This document shows, piece after piece, positions 20,293 through 31,582 of a stretch of DNA of 64,000 nucleotides. The number at the start of each line of letters is the position of its first letter. The stretch's first letter is position 1. The stretch spans positions 107,659-171,658 of the forward strand of contig JAKASR010000002.1 in assembly GCA_021818955.1 (NCBI GenBank), in the 5' to 3' direction. A program made the translations under genes and the position numbers. The notes beneath the pieces were generated by a model. It was not told the origin of the DNA. It saw nothing but the letters and a program-made list of their open reading frames with translations, and made no database searches. This DNA comes from Acidobacteriota bacterium (GTDB lineage Bacteria; Acidobacteriota; Terriglobia; Terriglobales; SCQP01).

Positions 20293-21804
20293 ATGGAAAT
20301 TGAAGCGCAGAACGCCGCGCCGGCGCAGTGGGCGACGGAAGCTTTAGTGATTCTGGCGCCGGAACTGGAGGGCCGGCTGAATCCGCAACTGGAGGCGCTG
20401 GATCGGGCCACGCAGGGATGGTTGAGCCAGTTGCAAGCGGCCGGAGAGTTCAGCGGGCGCATGCTCGAGAGCACGCTGCTGCACCGTCCGCCGGGGATCC
20501 AAGCGCAGCGGCTGCTGATTTTGGGCTGCGGCAAGAGCGCGCCCGGACCTTTCGAATTGCGCCGGCTGGCCGGCACGGCGGCGCGGTTGCTGAAGGCCAA
20601 AGGCGTGAAAGAGATGGCGCTGGCGCTGCCGCCGGAGGCCACCGAGACCAGGGCCGCCACCGCGGCGGCTCTGCCGGCGGCGATTGCGGGAGCGTGGGCG
20701 GGCAATTTCGAGACCGGTATCTATAAAAGCGAACGCCCGCCGGAGAAGCGCCTGGAGCGGCTGACGCTGTTGATTCCCCCCTCGGTGACCCCGGCCGAAG
20801 CCGAGCCGGCGCTGCGCCGGGGCAAGGCCATTGGCGCCGCCGTGGAGCGGGCGCGCGAGTTGGCCAACTATCCGAGTAATTATCTGACCCCGCGGCGGCT
20901 GGCGGAAGAAGCGGAAGCGCTGGCGCGCCGCGCCAGCCTGGAATGCGACATTTTGGACGAAGCCCGAGCGCGCGCGCTGAAAATGGGGGCGTTTTTAAGC
21001 GTGGCGCAAGGCAGCGCCGAGCCGCCGCGCATGATCGTATTGCGCTACCACGGCGGCAGCGGCGCGGACCAAGCGCCGGTGTTGGGCTTAGTGGGCAAGG
21101 GAATAACCTTCGATACCGGCGGCATTTCCATCAAGCCCGCCGAGGGCATGGAAAAGATGAAGTACGACATGAGCGGCGGGGCCACCATGCTGGCGGTAAT
21201 GCAGGCGCTGGCCGAGCTGCAGCCCAGGCTGGAGGTCATCGCGATCATTCCAGCGACCGAAAACATGCCCGGCAGCCGGGCGCAGAAGCCCGGGGACGTG
21301 CAGTATGCCATGTCGGGCAAAAGCATAGAAGTGCTCAACACCGATGCCGAGGGGCGGCTGGTCCTGGCCGATGGACTGTGTTACGCGAAGAAGCTGGGCG
21401 CCACCCACCTGGTGGACGCGGCCACGCTGACCGGAGCGGTCGCGGTGGCGCTGGGCGCCGTCTATGCCGGCGCGTTTGCCAATCAGGATGGCTTCTATCG
21501 CCAGTTCGAGCAAGCGGCGGCGGCGGCCGGCGAGAAGTTCTGGCGGCTGCCGCTGGATGAGGAGTATCGGGAGCAGATTCGCGGCACGGTGGGAGATTTA
21601 TTGAATACCGGCGGGCGTTATGGCGGCGCGATCACCGCGGCGGAATTTCTGCACGCCTTTGCCGAAGACACGCCCTGGATCCATCTTGATATTGCCGGCA
21701 CGGCGTGGTGGGACGAGGGCAAAGCCTGGATGCCGAAAGGTCCGACCGGGATTGCCGTGGCCAGCCTGGTGGAGCTGGCGCAGCGGCTGGCGATGGAGTC
21801 ATAA
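20293..21804 (+). CDS. pepA: Leucyl aminopeptidase (M17)
   Basis: NTDAEGRLVLAD signature and VGKGITFDTGGISIKP. Confidence 0.9.
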   Translation: MEIEAQNAAPAQWATEALVILAPELEGRLNPQLEALDRATQGWLSQLQAAGEFSGRMLESTLLHRPPGIQAQRLLILGCGKSAPGPFELRRLAGTAARLLKAKGVKEMALALPPEATETRAATAAALPAAIAGAWAGNFETGIYKSERPPEKRLERLTLLIPPSVTPAEAEPALRRGKAIGAAVERARELANYPSNYLTPRRLAEEAEALARRASLECDILDEARARALKMGAFLSVAQGSAEPPRMIVLRYHGGSGADQAPVLGLVGKGITFDTGGISIKPAEGMEKMKYDMSGGATMLAVMQALAELQPRLEVIAIIPATENMPGSRAQKPGDVQYAMSGKSIEVLNTDAEGRLVLADGLCYAKKLGATHLVDAATLTGAVAVALGAVYAGAFANQDGFYRQFEQAAAAAGEKFWRLPLDEEYREQIRGTVGDLLNTGGRYGGAITAAEFLHAFAEDTPWIHLDIAGTAWWDEGKAWMPKGPTGIAVASLVELAQRLAMES

Positions 21805-21807
21805 GGC

Positions 21808-22995
21808 GTGATGGCGGAAGGCAACCGGTTTCCTCGGATTGCGCTGATCGTGCTCGATAGCGTAGGCATTGGCGCGATGCCGGATGCCGCGCGCTATGGC
21901 GATGCCGGCAGCGACACCCTGGGCCATCTGCTGGCGGCGCGGCGAACGCGGCTGCCGCGGCTGGAAGCGCTGGGGTTGGGCAATATCCGGCCGCTTACCG
22001 GAATAGAGCCGGCCACGCCGCCCTTGGCCAGCTACGGCAAATGCGCACTGCTGTCGGACGGCAAAGATACCACCACCGGGCATTGGGAAATGGCCGGCAT
22101 TATCCTGGAAAAAGGCTTCCCGGTTTATCCCCGCGGTTTTCCCGCCGAACTGATGCGCGAATTCGAGCGGCGCATCGGACGGGGCACGCTGGGCAACGTC
22201 GCCGCCAGCGGCACGGAAATCATCAAGCAACTGGGCGAAGCGCATCTGCGCACGGGCCAGCCCATCGTCTACACCTCGGCCGACAGCGTGTTTCAGATTG
22301 CGGCGCATGAAGCGGTGATTCCGCTGCCCGAGCTGTACCGCATCTGCGAGATCGCGCGCGAGCTGCTGCAAGGGCCGCACCGGGTGGGACGGGTGATTGC
22401 GCGGCCCTTTATCGGCAGCAGCGCCGCCGATTTCCAGCGCACGCGGCACCGACACGACTACGCCATTCCGCCCCCGCAGGGGATGTTACTCGACCGGCTG
22501 GCGGCGGCCGGGGTGGGGGTGTACGCGGTCGGCAAAATCTTCGATATTTTTCTTGGGCGCGGCATCCGCGAGCACGTGCCGATGCAATCGAATGCCGACG
22601 GGCTGGAGGCGACCCTGGCGCTTCTGGAGCGCGTGGATCACGGCTTGATCTTTGTCAACCTGGTGGATTTTGACATGCTTTACGGGCACCGCAACGATAT
22701 CGAGGGCTATGCCCGGGCGTTGGAAGAGTTCGACCGCTACCTGGCCCGGATCGAGGCGCGGCTCAAACCCGACGACCTGCTGCTGCTGACCGCCGATCAT
22801 GGTTGCGACCCGACTACGCGCTCAACCGACCACTCCCGCGAATACGCGCCGCTGCTGGCGCTGTCGCCACGGCGGCGAGGGACAGCGCTGGGCACGCGCC
22901 GCAGCCTGGCGGACATTGGCGAGACCATTGCGGAAAATTTTCAGGTGCCGCTGCATCGCGGCGAATCTTTTCTGCCGGCGCTGGCCACGGCATGA
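21808..22995 (+). CDS. deoB: Phosphopentomutase
   Basis: IALIVLDSVGIGAMPDAARYGDAGSDTLGH and LTADHGCDPT. Confidence 0.9.
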   Translation: MMAEGNRFPRIALIVLDSVGIGAMPDAARYGDAGSDTLGHLLAARRTRLPRLEALGLGNIRPLTGIEPATPPLASYGKCALLSDGKDTTTGHWEMAGIILEKGFPVYPRGFPAELMREFERRIGRGTLGNVAASGTEIIKQLGEAHLRTGQPIVYTSADSVFQIAAHEAVIPLPELYRICEIARELLQGPHRVGRVIARPFIGSSAADFQRTRHRHDYAIPPPQGMLLDRLAAAGVGVYAVGKIFDIFLGRGIREHVPMQSNADGLEATLALLERVDHGLIFVNLVDFDMLYGHRNDIEGYARALEEFDRYLARIEARLKPDDLLLLTADHGCDPTTRSTDHSREYAPLLALSPRRRGTALGTRRSLADIGETIAENFQVPLHRGESFLPALATA

Positions 22996-25928
22996 ACACG
23001 GTGCCCAGCCGCCCCACGGCTCCGGCAGCGAACCCCGGCGCCGAGGTCGCACCTGCCGCGGCGGGCGAGGGGGGCGAAGCGATTCGCGTGCGCGGCGCGC
23101 GCGTGCACAATCTCAAGAACCTGAATGCCGATATTCCCCTGGGACGCCTGACGGTGGTCACCGGGGTTTCCGGCTCGGGCAAAAGCAGCCTAGCCTTTGA
23201 AACGCTCTATGCGGAAGGGCAGCGGCGCTATATCGAATCGCTCTCGGCGTATGCCCGCCAGTTTTTAGAGCGGCTGGAGAAACCGGACGCGGACGCGATC
23301 GAGGGGATCGCGCCCGCGATCGCCATCCGGCAGAAAAACACCAGCCGCAACCCACGCTCGACGGTGGCGACCGCCACGGAAATTTATGATTATCTGCGGT
23401 TGCTCTACGCCCGCGCCGGGCGGACCATTTGTCCGGATTGCCGGTTGGAAGCCCGGCGCGACAGCGTGGACGAAGCCGTGGCGGCGCTGCTGAACCAGCA
23501 GGCCGGGCGGCGGGCGTACCTGTTGTTCCCGCTGAGCGTGGAAGCCGCGGCGGAGAACGGCGCCCGCCGCCGGCGCAAAACCTCGGCAAGCTCGGCTAAA
23601 TTAGCGGGCGAAGCGCAAATCCGGCGGCTGGCGGAATTGCGCGCGCAAGGCTTCCACCGGCTTTATCAGGAAGGGCGAATCGCGGAATTTGCCACGCCGG
23701 AATCGCTGCTGGAATTGGATTTTTCCCGGCCCGTATGGATCGTCGCCGATCGCATGACGCTGCACCCGGAAAACCGCGGGCAACTGGCGGAGGCGGTCGA
23801 GGCCGCTTACCGCGAAGCCGGCGAGCTGCGGGTGGAAATCCTGGCCGAGGAAGGTTTAGCGCCGGTACTTGCGCGCTTTAGCGAGCGCTTCGAATGCAAG
23901 CAGTGCGGGCGTAAATTTGAAACGCCGCAACCGCGAATTTTTTCCTTCAATCATCCCGCCGGCGCCTGCCAGCGTTGCCAGGGGTTTGGCAACACCATGG
24001 ATTACGATCCGGGCAAAGTCATTCCGAATCCGGATCTGATGCTGAATGAGGGCGTGGTGGATCCCTGGACAAAGCCGCGTTACCGGAGCTGGGCGCGGGC
24101 AATGCGCGAAGCGGCGCGGCGAGCGGGAATCCCGCTGGACACTCCCTGGAAACGCCTGAATGCCAATCAGCAGGCGATTGTGCTCGAGGGCGACGGTGAC
24201 TTCCCCGGGGTGCGGGGCTTTTTCGAATACCTGGAACGGAAAAAATACAAATTACACGTGCGGGTTTTTTTGAGCCGCTACCGCGGGTACACACTCTGCG
24301 AGACCTGCCATGGCTACCGGTTAAAGCCGGAGGCGCTGTGGGTCGAGCTCCCCGCCCCCGAGGGGCAACCCCCTTGGCAGGGCTGGCACCTGGGGCGCGT
24401 GGTGGCGCTGACGGTGCGGGGAGTGAAAGAATTCTTTGCCCGGCTCCGGCTATCGCCGGCGGAAAGCCAGTTGGCCGCGCCGCTGCTGGAGGAGATCCGG
24501 CAAAGGCTGGACTTTCTCGAACAGGTGGGATTGCATTATTTGACGCTCGACCGGCTGGCGTCGAGCCTTTCGGGAGGCGAGGCGCAACGCATCCAATTGG
24601 CTACCTGTTTGGGGTCGCACCTGGTCGGCACGCTTTATGTCCTGGACGAACCCTCGATCGGGCTGCACAGCCGCGATACCGGGCGGCTGATCGCCATCCT
24701 CGAACAACTGCGCAACGAGGGTAATACCATTCTGGTGGTGGAACATGATGCCCAGATCATGCGCGCCTCCGATTATCTGCTCGACTTGGGGCCGGGAGCG
24801 GGCGAGCACGGCGGCACGGTGGTGGCGGCAGGCGGCTGGAAGCAGGTCTGCGATGTGCCGCAATCGCGTACCGGGCGCTATCTGGCCGGGCAATTGCGGC
24901 TGCCGGAACATAAGCCGCGCCAGCCGCGTCCCGGCCTAAAGGTGGTAGGCGCCAACCGGCATAACCTGAAGCAGCTCGATGCGGCCTTTCCGCTGGGCAC
25001 GCTCATGGCGGTAACCGGAGTTTCCGGATCGGGCAAAAGCACCCTCGTCCATCAAGTGCTCTACGCCAACCTGCAACGGCTGCGCCGCAACCCGCATGCC
25101 GAGCTGGAAGATTGCCGCGCGCTGGAAGGCTGGGAACGGGTGAGTGAAGTACACCTGGTGGATCAGTCACCGATTGGGCGCACGCCGCGCTCCAACCCTG
25201 TGACCTACGCCGGCGCCTATGACGGCATTCGCGCGTTATTTGCCCAGACCGCGGAAGCACGCCGCTTGGGCATGAAGCCTGGACATTTTTCCTTCAATGT
25301 CGCCGGCGGGCGCTGTGAAACCTGCCGGGGCGCGGGCACGATCACCGTCGAGATGCAGTTTCTGGCCGATGTCGAACTGCCCTGCGAAGCCTGCCACGGA
25401 ACGCGATTCAAGCCGGAAGTGCTCGCAGCGCATTTTCAAGGCCGCAACATTGCTGAAACCCTGCAGTTGACGGTCGAGGAAGCTTTACGCGTATTTGCCG
25501 GGCATGCGCGCGTGTTGACGCCATTAAAGCAACTGGCGGAAGTCGGACTGGGATATTTACGCTTGGGGCAGCCGGCCACCACGCTTTCCGGTGGCGAAGC
25601 CCAGCGGCTCAAGCTGGCCGCTCACCTGGCCGCCGCCGAACAACTGCACGATGCTTTGTTTCTCTTTGACGAGCCGACCACCGGTTTGCATTTCGACGAT
25701 ATTGCGCAACTGCTTCGCGCGTTCGACCGGCTGGTGGGAGGGGGAGCCACCGTGGTGGTGATCGAACACAATCTGGACTTGATTGCCGCCGCCGACCGGG
25801 TGCTTGATCTGGGACCGGAAGGCGGAGATGAAGGCGGGCGGGTGGTTGCGCAAGGAACACCGGCGGAAGTGGCGCAGTCGGATACCTATACCGGAAAAGC
25901 GCTGGCGCAGCATTTTCACGGCCGGTAA
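22992..25928 (+). CDS. uvrA: Excinuclease ABC subunit A
   Basis: Two ABC modules ([12 protein letters not shown] and [11 protein letters not shown]) plus Zn-finger CxxC pairs. The chosen ATG at 22992 overlaps the deoB stop. The ORF track extends it to 22803. Confidence 0.95.
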   Translation: MNTVPSRPTAPAANPGAEVAPAAAGEGGEAIRVRGARVHNLKNLNADIPLGRLTVVTGVSGSGKSSLAFETLYAEGQRRYIESLSAYARQFLERLEKPDADAIEGIAPAIAIRQKNTSRNPRSTVATATEIYDYLRLLYARAGRTICPDCRLEARRDSVDEAVAALLNQQAGRRAYLLFPLSVEAAAENGARRRRKTSASSAKLAGEAQIRRLAELRAQGFHRLYQEGRIAEFATPESLLELDFSRPVWIVADRMTLHPENRGQLAEAVEAAYREAGELRVEILAEEGLAPVLARFSERFECKQCGRKFETPQPRIFSFNHPAGACQRCQGFGNTMDYDPGKVIPNPDLMLNEGVVDPWTKPRYRSWARAMREAARRAGIPLDTPWKRLNANQQAIVLEGDGDFPGVRGFFEYLERKKYKLHVRVFLSRYRGYTLCETCHGYRLKPEALWVELPAPEGQPPWQGWHLGRVVALTVRGVKEFFARLRLSPAESQLAAPLLEEIRQRLDFLEQVGLHYLTLDRLASSLSGGEAQRIQLATCLGSHLVGTLYVLDEPSIGLHSRDTGRLIAILEQLRNEGNTILVVEHDAQIMRASDYLLDLGPGAGEHGGTVVAAGGWKQVCDVPQSRTGRYLAGQLRLPEHKPRQPRPGLKVVGANRHNLKQLDAAFPLGTLMAVTGVSGSGKSTLVHQVLYANLQRLRRNPHAELEDCRALEGWERVSEVHLVDQSPIGRTPRSNPVTYAGAYDGIRALFAQTAEARRLGMKPGHFSFNVAGGRCETCRGAGTITVEMQFLADVELPCEACHGTRFKPEVLAAHFQGRNIAETLQLTVEEALRVFAGHARVLTPLKQLAEVGLGYLRLGQPATTLSGGEAQRLKLAAHLAAAEQLHDALFLFDEPTTGLHFDDIAQLLRAFDRLVGGGATVVVIEHNLDLIAAADRVLDLGPEGGDEGGRVVAQGTPAEVAQSDTYTGKALAQHFHGR

Positions 25929-26206
25929 GTGAAGAGGTTATTTTCAAGTTGATCGCCGCTTATTTCCGGCCTCATCTCTGAGACGGATACAGGCTTATGC
26001 CGGGGACGTAAATGCAAGAAATTAGAGGGGTTTAAGGCGCCGGGTGAGATTGAAGGCCGGCCGGAAGCCGGGCCGGACGAAGGCGATGATATTTCCGGCG
26101 CGCAGGCATTGAAAGCGCATCCTAATAAATAGCGGGTGAGAAAAGCTTGATTTTCTCCATGATCGCGTTATGGTAGATACCCAAGCCTCGCCCGGGAGGT
26201 CTGGTC

Positions 26207-26719
26207 GTGCGATCCGCGACAGTGTGCAAAATCGCAATGGCGGCAGCGCTGATGGGCGGCATGGCAATCCCGGCCGTTGCCGGACGCCTGAATTCGCAAA
26301 AAATCCAAGCCCGCTACCGCAAACTGGAGAAAAAGCTGCAGCGCAGCCATGGCACCCGGCGCGCCCGGCTGCTGGCGAAACTGGCCCAGTTGGATCTGGA
26401 TCGGGCCTACATAAATTTTCAATCACAACAGGTGCTGGCCGGCAACGAAGCGCTGAACCGGGCGCAGCAACATGCGCAACAAGCCATGCTTCCGCTGGCG
26501 CAGGAAGCGGCGCGGGGAAAAAGCAAAGACATGCGCAAAGTGGAGCTGAGTTTTCACAAGATCAGCTTCGGCCTGAGTGGGCTGGTGCACATTGCGCCCT
26601 ATCCGACCGCGCCGCGCATTCGCGCCGTACGCGCCTACATCGGGCAATTGCAAAGCAAGCTGCTGCGGTGGATGTTCGGCCCCGGGGTTTCCATTGCGCC
26701 GAACCCGGCCCAGAACTAA
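26207..26719 (+). CDS. Hypothetical secreted helical protein
   Basis: GTG start with GGGAGG upstream. Signal-like IAMAAALMGGMAIPAVAG. Confidence 0.5.
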   Translation: MRSATVCKIAMAAALMGGMAIPAVAGRLNSQKIQARYRKLEKKLQRSHGTRRARLLAKLAQLDLDRAYINFQSQQVLAGNEALNRAQQHAQQAMLPLAQEAARGKSKDMRKVELSFHKISFGLSGLVHIAPYPTAPRIRAVRAYIGQLQSKLLRWMFGPGVSIAPNPAQN

Positions 26720-26817
26720 AACCCGGCGGTCCGACTCGGCCGTTAACCTTTCGGCCAGGCGCCGATGCGTTTTCGCGGTTCTAAACGCGGGCCGGCAAGC
26801 CGTTCTAAACTTCAAAT

Positions 26818-27390
26818 ATGACAAAGCGATGCGCTGCAAAATGCGCTCTGCTGGCCGCGTGCCTGGGAGCGTTGCTGCTGGTTACCGCCGGTCAGGCTTC
26901 CGCTCAGCTTTTTCAACGCGATCCGTTGACGCGAAGCGAAGCCAACGCATTGCGCCAGGCCGCCGGCAATCCCGCCAAGCGGATTAATTTATTGCTGCGC
27001 GACGCCGCGCGCCGGCTGGGCCGCTTCGAGCACATCCAGCATGGACACGGCGAAGGGCGGCGGGACAAAATGTACCGTTTGCTGCAGAACTATCGCACGA
27101 TTATAAGTGAGCTGGACGACAATATTGACCAGATGGTCAGCGGACGGCGAACCGAATTTATGGGCAAAGTCAAACCGGCCAAGCCGCTCAAACAGGTGAT
27201 CCGCACAGAAACCGGCTTTCTGGCCCAATTGCAACATATACGGGCCAGTTCGTTGCCCTCGGACCTGGCCAGCTATCACTATGAGCTACAGAACTGCCTG
27301 GATCGCACCCGGGAAAGCCTTTCCAATGCGAAAGACGATTTAACGGCGGCGCGGGCCAAGGCTAAAAAAACCAAAAAGTCCAGAAATTAA
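26818..27390 (+). CDS. Hypothetical secreted helical protein
   Basis: Signal-like CALLAACLGALLLVTAGQASA. Lys-rich C-terminus. Confidence 0.5.
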   Translation: MTKRCAAKCALLAACLGALLLVTAGQASAQLFQRDPLTRSEANALRQAAGNPAKRINLLLRDAARRLGRFEHIQHGHGEGRRDKMYRLLQNYRTIISELDDNIDQMVSGRRTEFMGKVKPAKPLKQVIRTETGFLAQLQHIRASSLPSDLASYHYELQNCLDRTRESLSNAKDDLTAARAKAKKTKKSRN

Positions 27391-27439
27391 GGCAGGCTCT
27401 TGGCGTTGCGGAAGATTCAGGTAAATATCCGGGGGCGGC

Positions 27440-28255
27440 ATGAATGAGCGGGAAACGGCCGCGGCGGTTCCTGCGCACGGTGGCGCCCAGCTTTGTTTGC
27501 CGGGATTGGAGCCAGCCACCGGCGCCATGACGAACAGCGTGAATACGCCGCCGGCCGCGTCCCCGGGCAGGATGCGGGATCTGTATCCCACCTTCGCCGC
27601 GGTGCATCGCGAACTGAAGCCGCGCAGCCCGCTGCCGGAAATCGAAATCCATTTTTACGCCTTTGCTCATCTCAACCACACCATCCGGCTGCGCGATGGA
27701 CGCATGCGGGTGCGGATCAGCGATCTGCTCCAAAGCGCTCCCGAACCGGTGCTGGAAGCGCTGGCGCAGATTCTTATGCGCAAGCTGTACCGCAAGCCAT
27801 CGGCGGCGAGGTATTTAGAGCGGTATCGACGCTATGTCAACCGGCGGGAGATGGCGGCGCAGATCGAAATTATCCGCCGGCATCGCGGACGCAAGCGATT
27901 GAGCGGACCTCGCGGCAAGGTCTATGATCTGGAAGAAATCTATGCCGAGCTGAATGCCGCCTATTTCCACGGGCTGCTGGCGCGGCCTCAATTAAGTTGG
28001 GGACAGGTACGATCACGGCACAATCTGGCGCATTTTGACGCGGCGCACAACGCCATCCTGGTCAGCCGCATTTTCGACCATCCCAAAATGCCGCGCCGGG
28101 TGCTGGCGTTTGTGCTGTATCACGAAATGTTGCATATCAAGCACCCGATCCGGCACGAAGGCGCGCGGCGGCGGATTCATCCGCCCGAATTCCAGGCGGA
28201 CGAGCGGCGTTTTTCCCACTGGCGTGAAGCCGAAGCTTTTTTAAAAAAGCTGTAA
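27440..28255 (+). CDS. SprT-like/DUF45-like zinc metallopeptidase (HExxH)
   Basis: LYHEMLHIKHPIRHEGARRRIHPPEF near the C-terminus. The start is uncertain. Confidence 0.55.
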   Translation: MNERETAAAVPAHGGAQLCLPGLEPATGAMTNSVNTPPAASPGRMRDLYPTFAAVHRELKPRSPLPEIEIHFYAFAHLNHTIRLRDGRMRVRISDLLQSAPEPVLEALAQILMRKLYRKPSAARYLERYRRYVNRREMAAQIEIIRRHRGRKRLSGPRGKVYDLEEIYAELNAAYFHGLLARPQLSWGQVRSRHNLAHFDAAHNAILVSRIFDHPKMPRRVLAFVLYHEMLHIKHPIRHEGARRRIHPPEFQADERRFSHWREAEAFLKKL

Positions 28256-28396
28256 GCCGTAAGCCCCATCGCGTTCTAAAAGATACAAGAGCGGCGGGTG
28301 GAACCCGGTAGCCGGCAGCGCCATCTGTATTAGCATGGTGGTGTTTCCTCCAGGCGGCCGCGGGTCGCCGGGCGGTCAGGCTTCAGGAGCACTTCC

Positions 28397-29536
28397 GTGA
28401 TTTTGCGCAATTATTTGAAAATTCCAGCCCTGCTGCTGGCCTTGCCGCTGTTGGGCGCCGCCCAGCAGCAACAGCAGAAACCCACCCCGCCGCCGGCCGG
28501 CGGCGGACCGAGCGGAAATACCGGGCCGATCATCATTCCCCGTTCCTCGCAACCGGCTCCCTCGACCGGTCCGCTTTCCGCGCCGTCCAAAGCCCCGAAG
28601 CCCACTAAGCCCAGCTACGCCTATCACGTCAGCGTGCCCGAAGTACGCATTCCGGTCATCGTGGAGACCAAAGACGGCAACTTCATCGGGCACTTGGGCA
28701 AAGATAACTTCCGCATTTATGAAGATCACAAGCTGCAAAATATCACCGCCGTAAACTACACCGACCAGGCGCCGATGACCGTGGTGGAAATGGTGGAGTT
28801 CAGCAACGCCCAGTGGTGGCCCTTTCTCTATCACATCCTGGAAGCCAGCTATGCCTTCACCAGCCAACTGGAGCCGCGGGATTGGGTGGCGCTGGTGACC
28901 TACGATCTGCGTCCGCATATCAAGGTGGATTTTACCCATAACAAGCAAGCGGTGTACGCCGGTTTGAACTCGCTGTTTTATCCCGGTTTCAGCGAATCGG
29001 ATTTATACGATTCGCTGGCGTGGACGATTAACCGGCTGAACGGCATCAAGGGACGCAAGGTCATCGTGCTGATCACGACCGGTATCAATACCTTCAGCCG
29101 CATCAATTTTGGGCAGATCGAAAAAACCGTGCAGAGCGCGCATGGCGTCACCATCTTCCCGGTGGCCATCGGCTGGTCTATCCGGCAATACATGGAAGAA
29201 AACGGCTACTTGGGCGCGATGGGGGAAATGAATTACATTGTCGCCAACAATCAACTGCGTTACTTCGCCAAATGGACCGGGGGGCGGTTTTACGAGCCCC
29301 GATTTGAAGGCGCATATCCGGATGTGTTTCGCGATATAGCCGCCTCCGTGCGCAATCAATACATCGTGACGTACCATCCGACGGACACCAAGCTGGATGG
29401 CACTTATCGCAAGATCAAGGTGGAAGTCGTCGGTAACGACGGAAAGCCCCTGCGGATCGTAAACCGCAAAGGCAAGAAAGTGGGCTACAAGGTCATCGCG
29501 CAAGCCGGCTATCGCGCCCGGCAAGCCGTGCAATAG
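28397..29536 (+). CDS. Secreted VWA-domain protein (acidobacterial VWFA-related type)
   Basis: A signal peptide followed by a Gln/Pro-rich linker. The layout of a VWA-like core (VIVLITTGINTF) resembles the VWFA-related acidobacterial domain family. Confidence 0.6.
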   Translation: MILRNYLKIPALLLALPLLGAAQQQQQKPTPPPAGGGPSGNTGPIIIPRSSQPAPSTGPLSAPSKAPKPTKPSYAYHVSVPEVRIPVIVETKDGNFIGHLGKDNFRIYEDHKLQNITAVNYTDQAPMTVVEMVEFSNAQWWPFLYHILEASYAFTSQLEPRDWVALVTYDLRPHIKVDFTHNKQAVYAGLNSLFYPGFSESDLYDSLAWTINRLNGIKGRKVIVLITTGINTFSRINFGQIEKTVQSAHGVTIFPVAIGWSIRQYMEENGYLGAMGEMNYIVANNQLRYFAKWTGGRFYEPRFEGAYPDVFRDIAASVRNQYIVTYHPTDTKLDGTYRKIKVEVVGNDGKPLRIVNRKGKKVGYKVIAQAGYRARQAVQ

Positions 29537-29564
29537 TTTCCGGCTTTTCGAAGCCAAGCTCCCC

Positions 29565-30956
29565 ATGGTAGTGAACCGCGCCGAGAACCCGCTTCGGGCC
29601 ATACCGCAAGTGGACGAACTGCTGCAGCGGCCGAGCTTGCAGCCGCTCTGGCGCGAGTTAGGCGCGCAGCAGGCCCGCCGGGTCATTCGCGAGACTCTGG
29701 AAGAATTGCGCGCGCGCTGCGCCGCCGCGCCCGAAGCCGCCGCGGATACTCTCTCGGCCGGGCTCGCCGGCCTCGAAGCCGAACTGGAAACGCGCACCCG
29801 GTCAAGACTCTCGCCCTCTTTACGCGCCGTCATTAATGCCACCGGCGTCGTGCTGCACACGAATCTGGGCCGGGCGCCGTTGAGCGCAGCCGCCTGCCAG
29901 CGGCTGGGCGAGATCGCGGGCGCCTACACCAACCTGGAATACAGTCTGGCGGAAGGCCGGCGGGGCAAGCGCGATACGCATATCGAGGCTCTGGCTTGCG
30001 AGCTGACTGGCGCGGAACGCACGCTGGTGGTCAACAACAACGCCGCCGCCCTGCTGCTGGTGGCGCGCACGCTAGCCGGAGGAGGCGAGATTCTGATCTC
30101 GCGCGGCGAACTGGTGGAAATCGGCGATGGCTTCCGTGTTCCGGAAATCCTGATCGCGGCCGGCGCGCGCCTGGTGGAAGTGGGCACGACCAACCGCACG
30201 CACCTGGCCGATTATCGCCGGGCCGCCGGGCCCGCCACGCGGCTGCTCTTGCGCGTGCACCGCAGCAATTTCGAAATGAGCGGATTTACCAGCCGCCCGC
30301 GCCGCGAGGAATTGGCCGCGCTGGGGGCCGAACTGGGCCTACCCGTGGCCGAAGACCTGGGCAGCGGCTGCCTGCTCTCGCCCGCAATCAGCGGTTTTGC
30401 CGAGGAGCCCACCGTTTCCGAGTGCCTGGCCGCGGGCATGGAGATTGTTACCTACAGTGGCGACAAACTTTTGGGAGGGCCGCAAGCGGGTTTATTGAGC
30501 GGCAAGAAAGTTTGGCTCGACCGGCTGCGAGCCGAGCCGCTATTCCGCGCGCTGCGCGTGGACCGGCTGACGCTTGCGGCGCTGGAAGCCACATTGGATG
30601 CTTACGCGCGCGAGTCCTGGGACGAGGTTCCGGTCTGGAGAATGTTGCGGGCGCGCGATCTGGAGGCGCGCGCCCAAAGCTTCGCCAGCCGCCTGGCGCC
30701 GGCCTGGCAGGCCGCAGTTGAGCCGGACGAGTCTCCGGTGGGAGGTGGCGCTTTGCCCGGCACGCGGCTGCAGAGCTGGGTTATCTGGCTAAAACCTTCG
30801 GGCTACGGTTGCATGGAATTGGCGGAGCGCTTGCGTAAGGCGGAGCCGCCGGTGCTGGCGCGCATCCAAAACGACCGCCTGGGCTTGGATTTGCGGACGG
30901 TGTTCCGCGAACAAGAAAACGCCCTATTGCAAGTTTTCGAGAGCCTGCAGAGTTAG
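29565..30956 (+). CDS. selA: L-seryl-tRNA(Sec) selenium transferase
   Basis: IPQVDELLQ and VINATGVVLHTNLGRAPL. PLP-lysine context YSGDKLLGGPQAG. Confidence 0.9.
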   Translation: MVVNRAENPLRAIPQVDELLQRPSLQPLWRELGAQQARRVIRETLEELRARCAAAPEAAADTLSAGLAGLEAELETRTRSRLSPSLRAVINATGVVLHTNLGRAPLSAAACQRLGEIAGAYTNLEYSLAEGRRGKRDTHIEALACELTGAERTLVVNNNAAALLLVARTLAGGGEILISRGELVEIGDGFRVPEILIAAGARLVEVGTTNRTHLADYRRAAGPATRLLLRVHRSNFEMSGFTSRPRREELAALGAELGLPVAEDLGSGCLLSPAISGFAEEPTVSECLAAGMEIVTYSGDKLLGGPQAGLLSGKKVWLDRLRAEPLFRALRVDRLTLAALEATLDAYARESWDEVPVWRMLRARDLEARAQSFASRLAPAWQAAVEPDESPVGGGALPGTRLQSWVIWLKPSGYGCMELAERLRKAEPPVLARIQNDRLGLDLRTVFREQENALLQVFESLQS

Positions 30957-31018
30957 CTCCGCGACTTATCCGTCCAAGGATGATCCTGGACCTGATTCCA
31001 CCGCAACCGGTTCGCCTT

Positions 31019-31582
31019 TTACCGTGGGGTGAGCGAGCGGGCAGCAGGTAATAACATCCAGGCGCCCAGCCAGGCCGGGATCAAGCCACACAACAGCCAA
31101 ATCAGCGGGGAAGACGTGAGAGGCAAACGGTTCAGAGGCTGGCGTCCGAGCCGCCCCAGCCAATCTTCCAGGCCATAAAAACCCACCATAATCCCGGGCA
31201 ACAATAAACCAAAGCCCAACAACAGGCGCGCCAGGGCATGATGCCGCGCCGCCCAGATCGCGCCCAGCGCCAGGCCGGGCACTAAAAGCCAACCTCCGGC
31301 GGGAAAGGCAATCATGGTTCCCAGCAACGCCAGCAACAGCGCCGGCAAGGGAAAGCGTTCCAATAAAGCGATGCCGGCGATGGCGAAGGCGGCGCCAATC
31401 GCGGGCATCCAGCGCGGGTAAGGAACGCCGGCGCGAGCGGCCAGGCGGGTGAAATGAAAGGCATGAAAGTCGCGCGCCAACATCAGCGCCGCGCCCAAGC
31501 CAACCAGGAACAATGCAAGCCGCAACGCCGGCATGCGCCGCGCGGGCGCGGGACGTCGAGACGGATAAAAAGCATCGGGCAT
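31019..31582 (-). CDS. Hypothetical polytopic membrane protein
   Basis: Four to five hydrophobic segments. Preferred over the overlapping Arg/Ala-rich ORF at 30966..31754. Confidence 0.5.
   Translation of the reverse strand: MPDAFYPSRRPAPARRMPALRLALFLVGLGAALMLARDFHAFHFTRLAARAGVPYPRWMPAIGAAFAIAGIALLERFPLPALLLALLGTMIAFPAGGWLLVPGLALGAIWAARHHALARLLLGFGLLLPGIMVGFYGLEDWLGRLGRQPLNRLPLTSSPLIWLLCGLIPAWLGAWMLLPAARSLTPR

Noticed and set aside
22803-22991. Upstream extension of uvrA
   Set aside because: It overlaps the 3' end of deoB in another frame. The ATG at 22992 overlaps the deoB stop and gives a normal UvrA length.
30957-31018. Possible selC (tRNA-Sec) or SECIS element next to selA
   Set aside because: The short spacer after selA contains no tRNA-like cloverleaf or long-variable-arm structure that I could fold.
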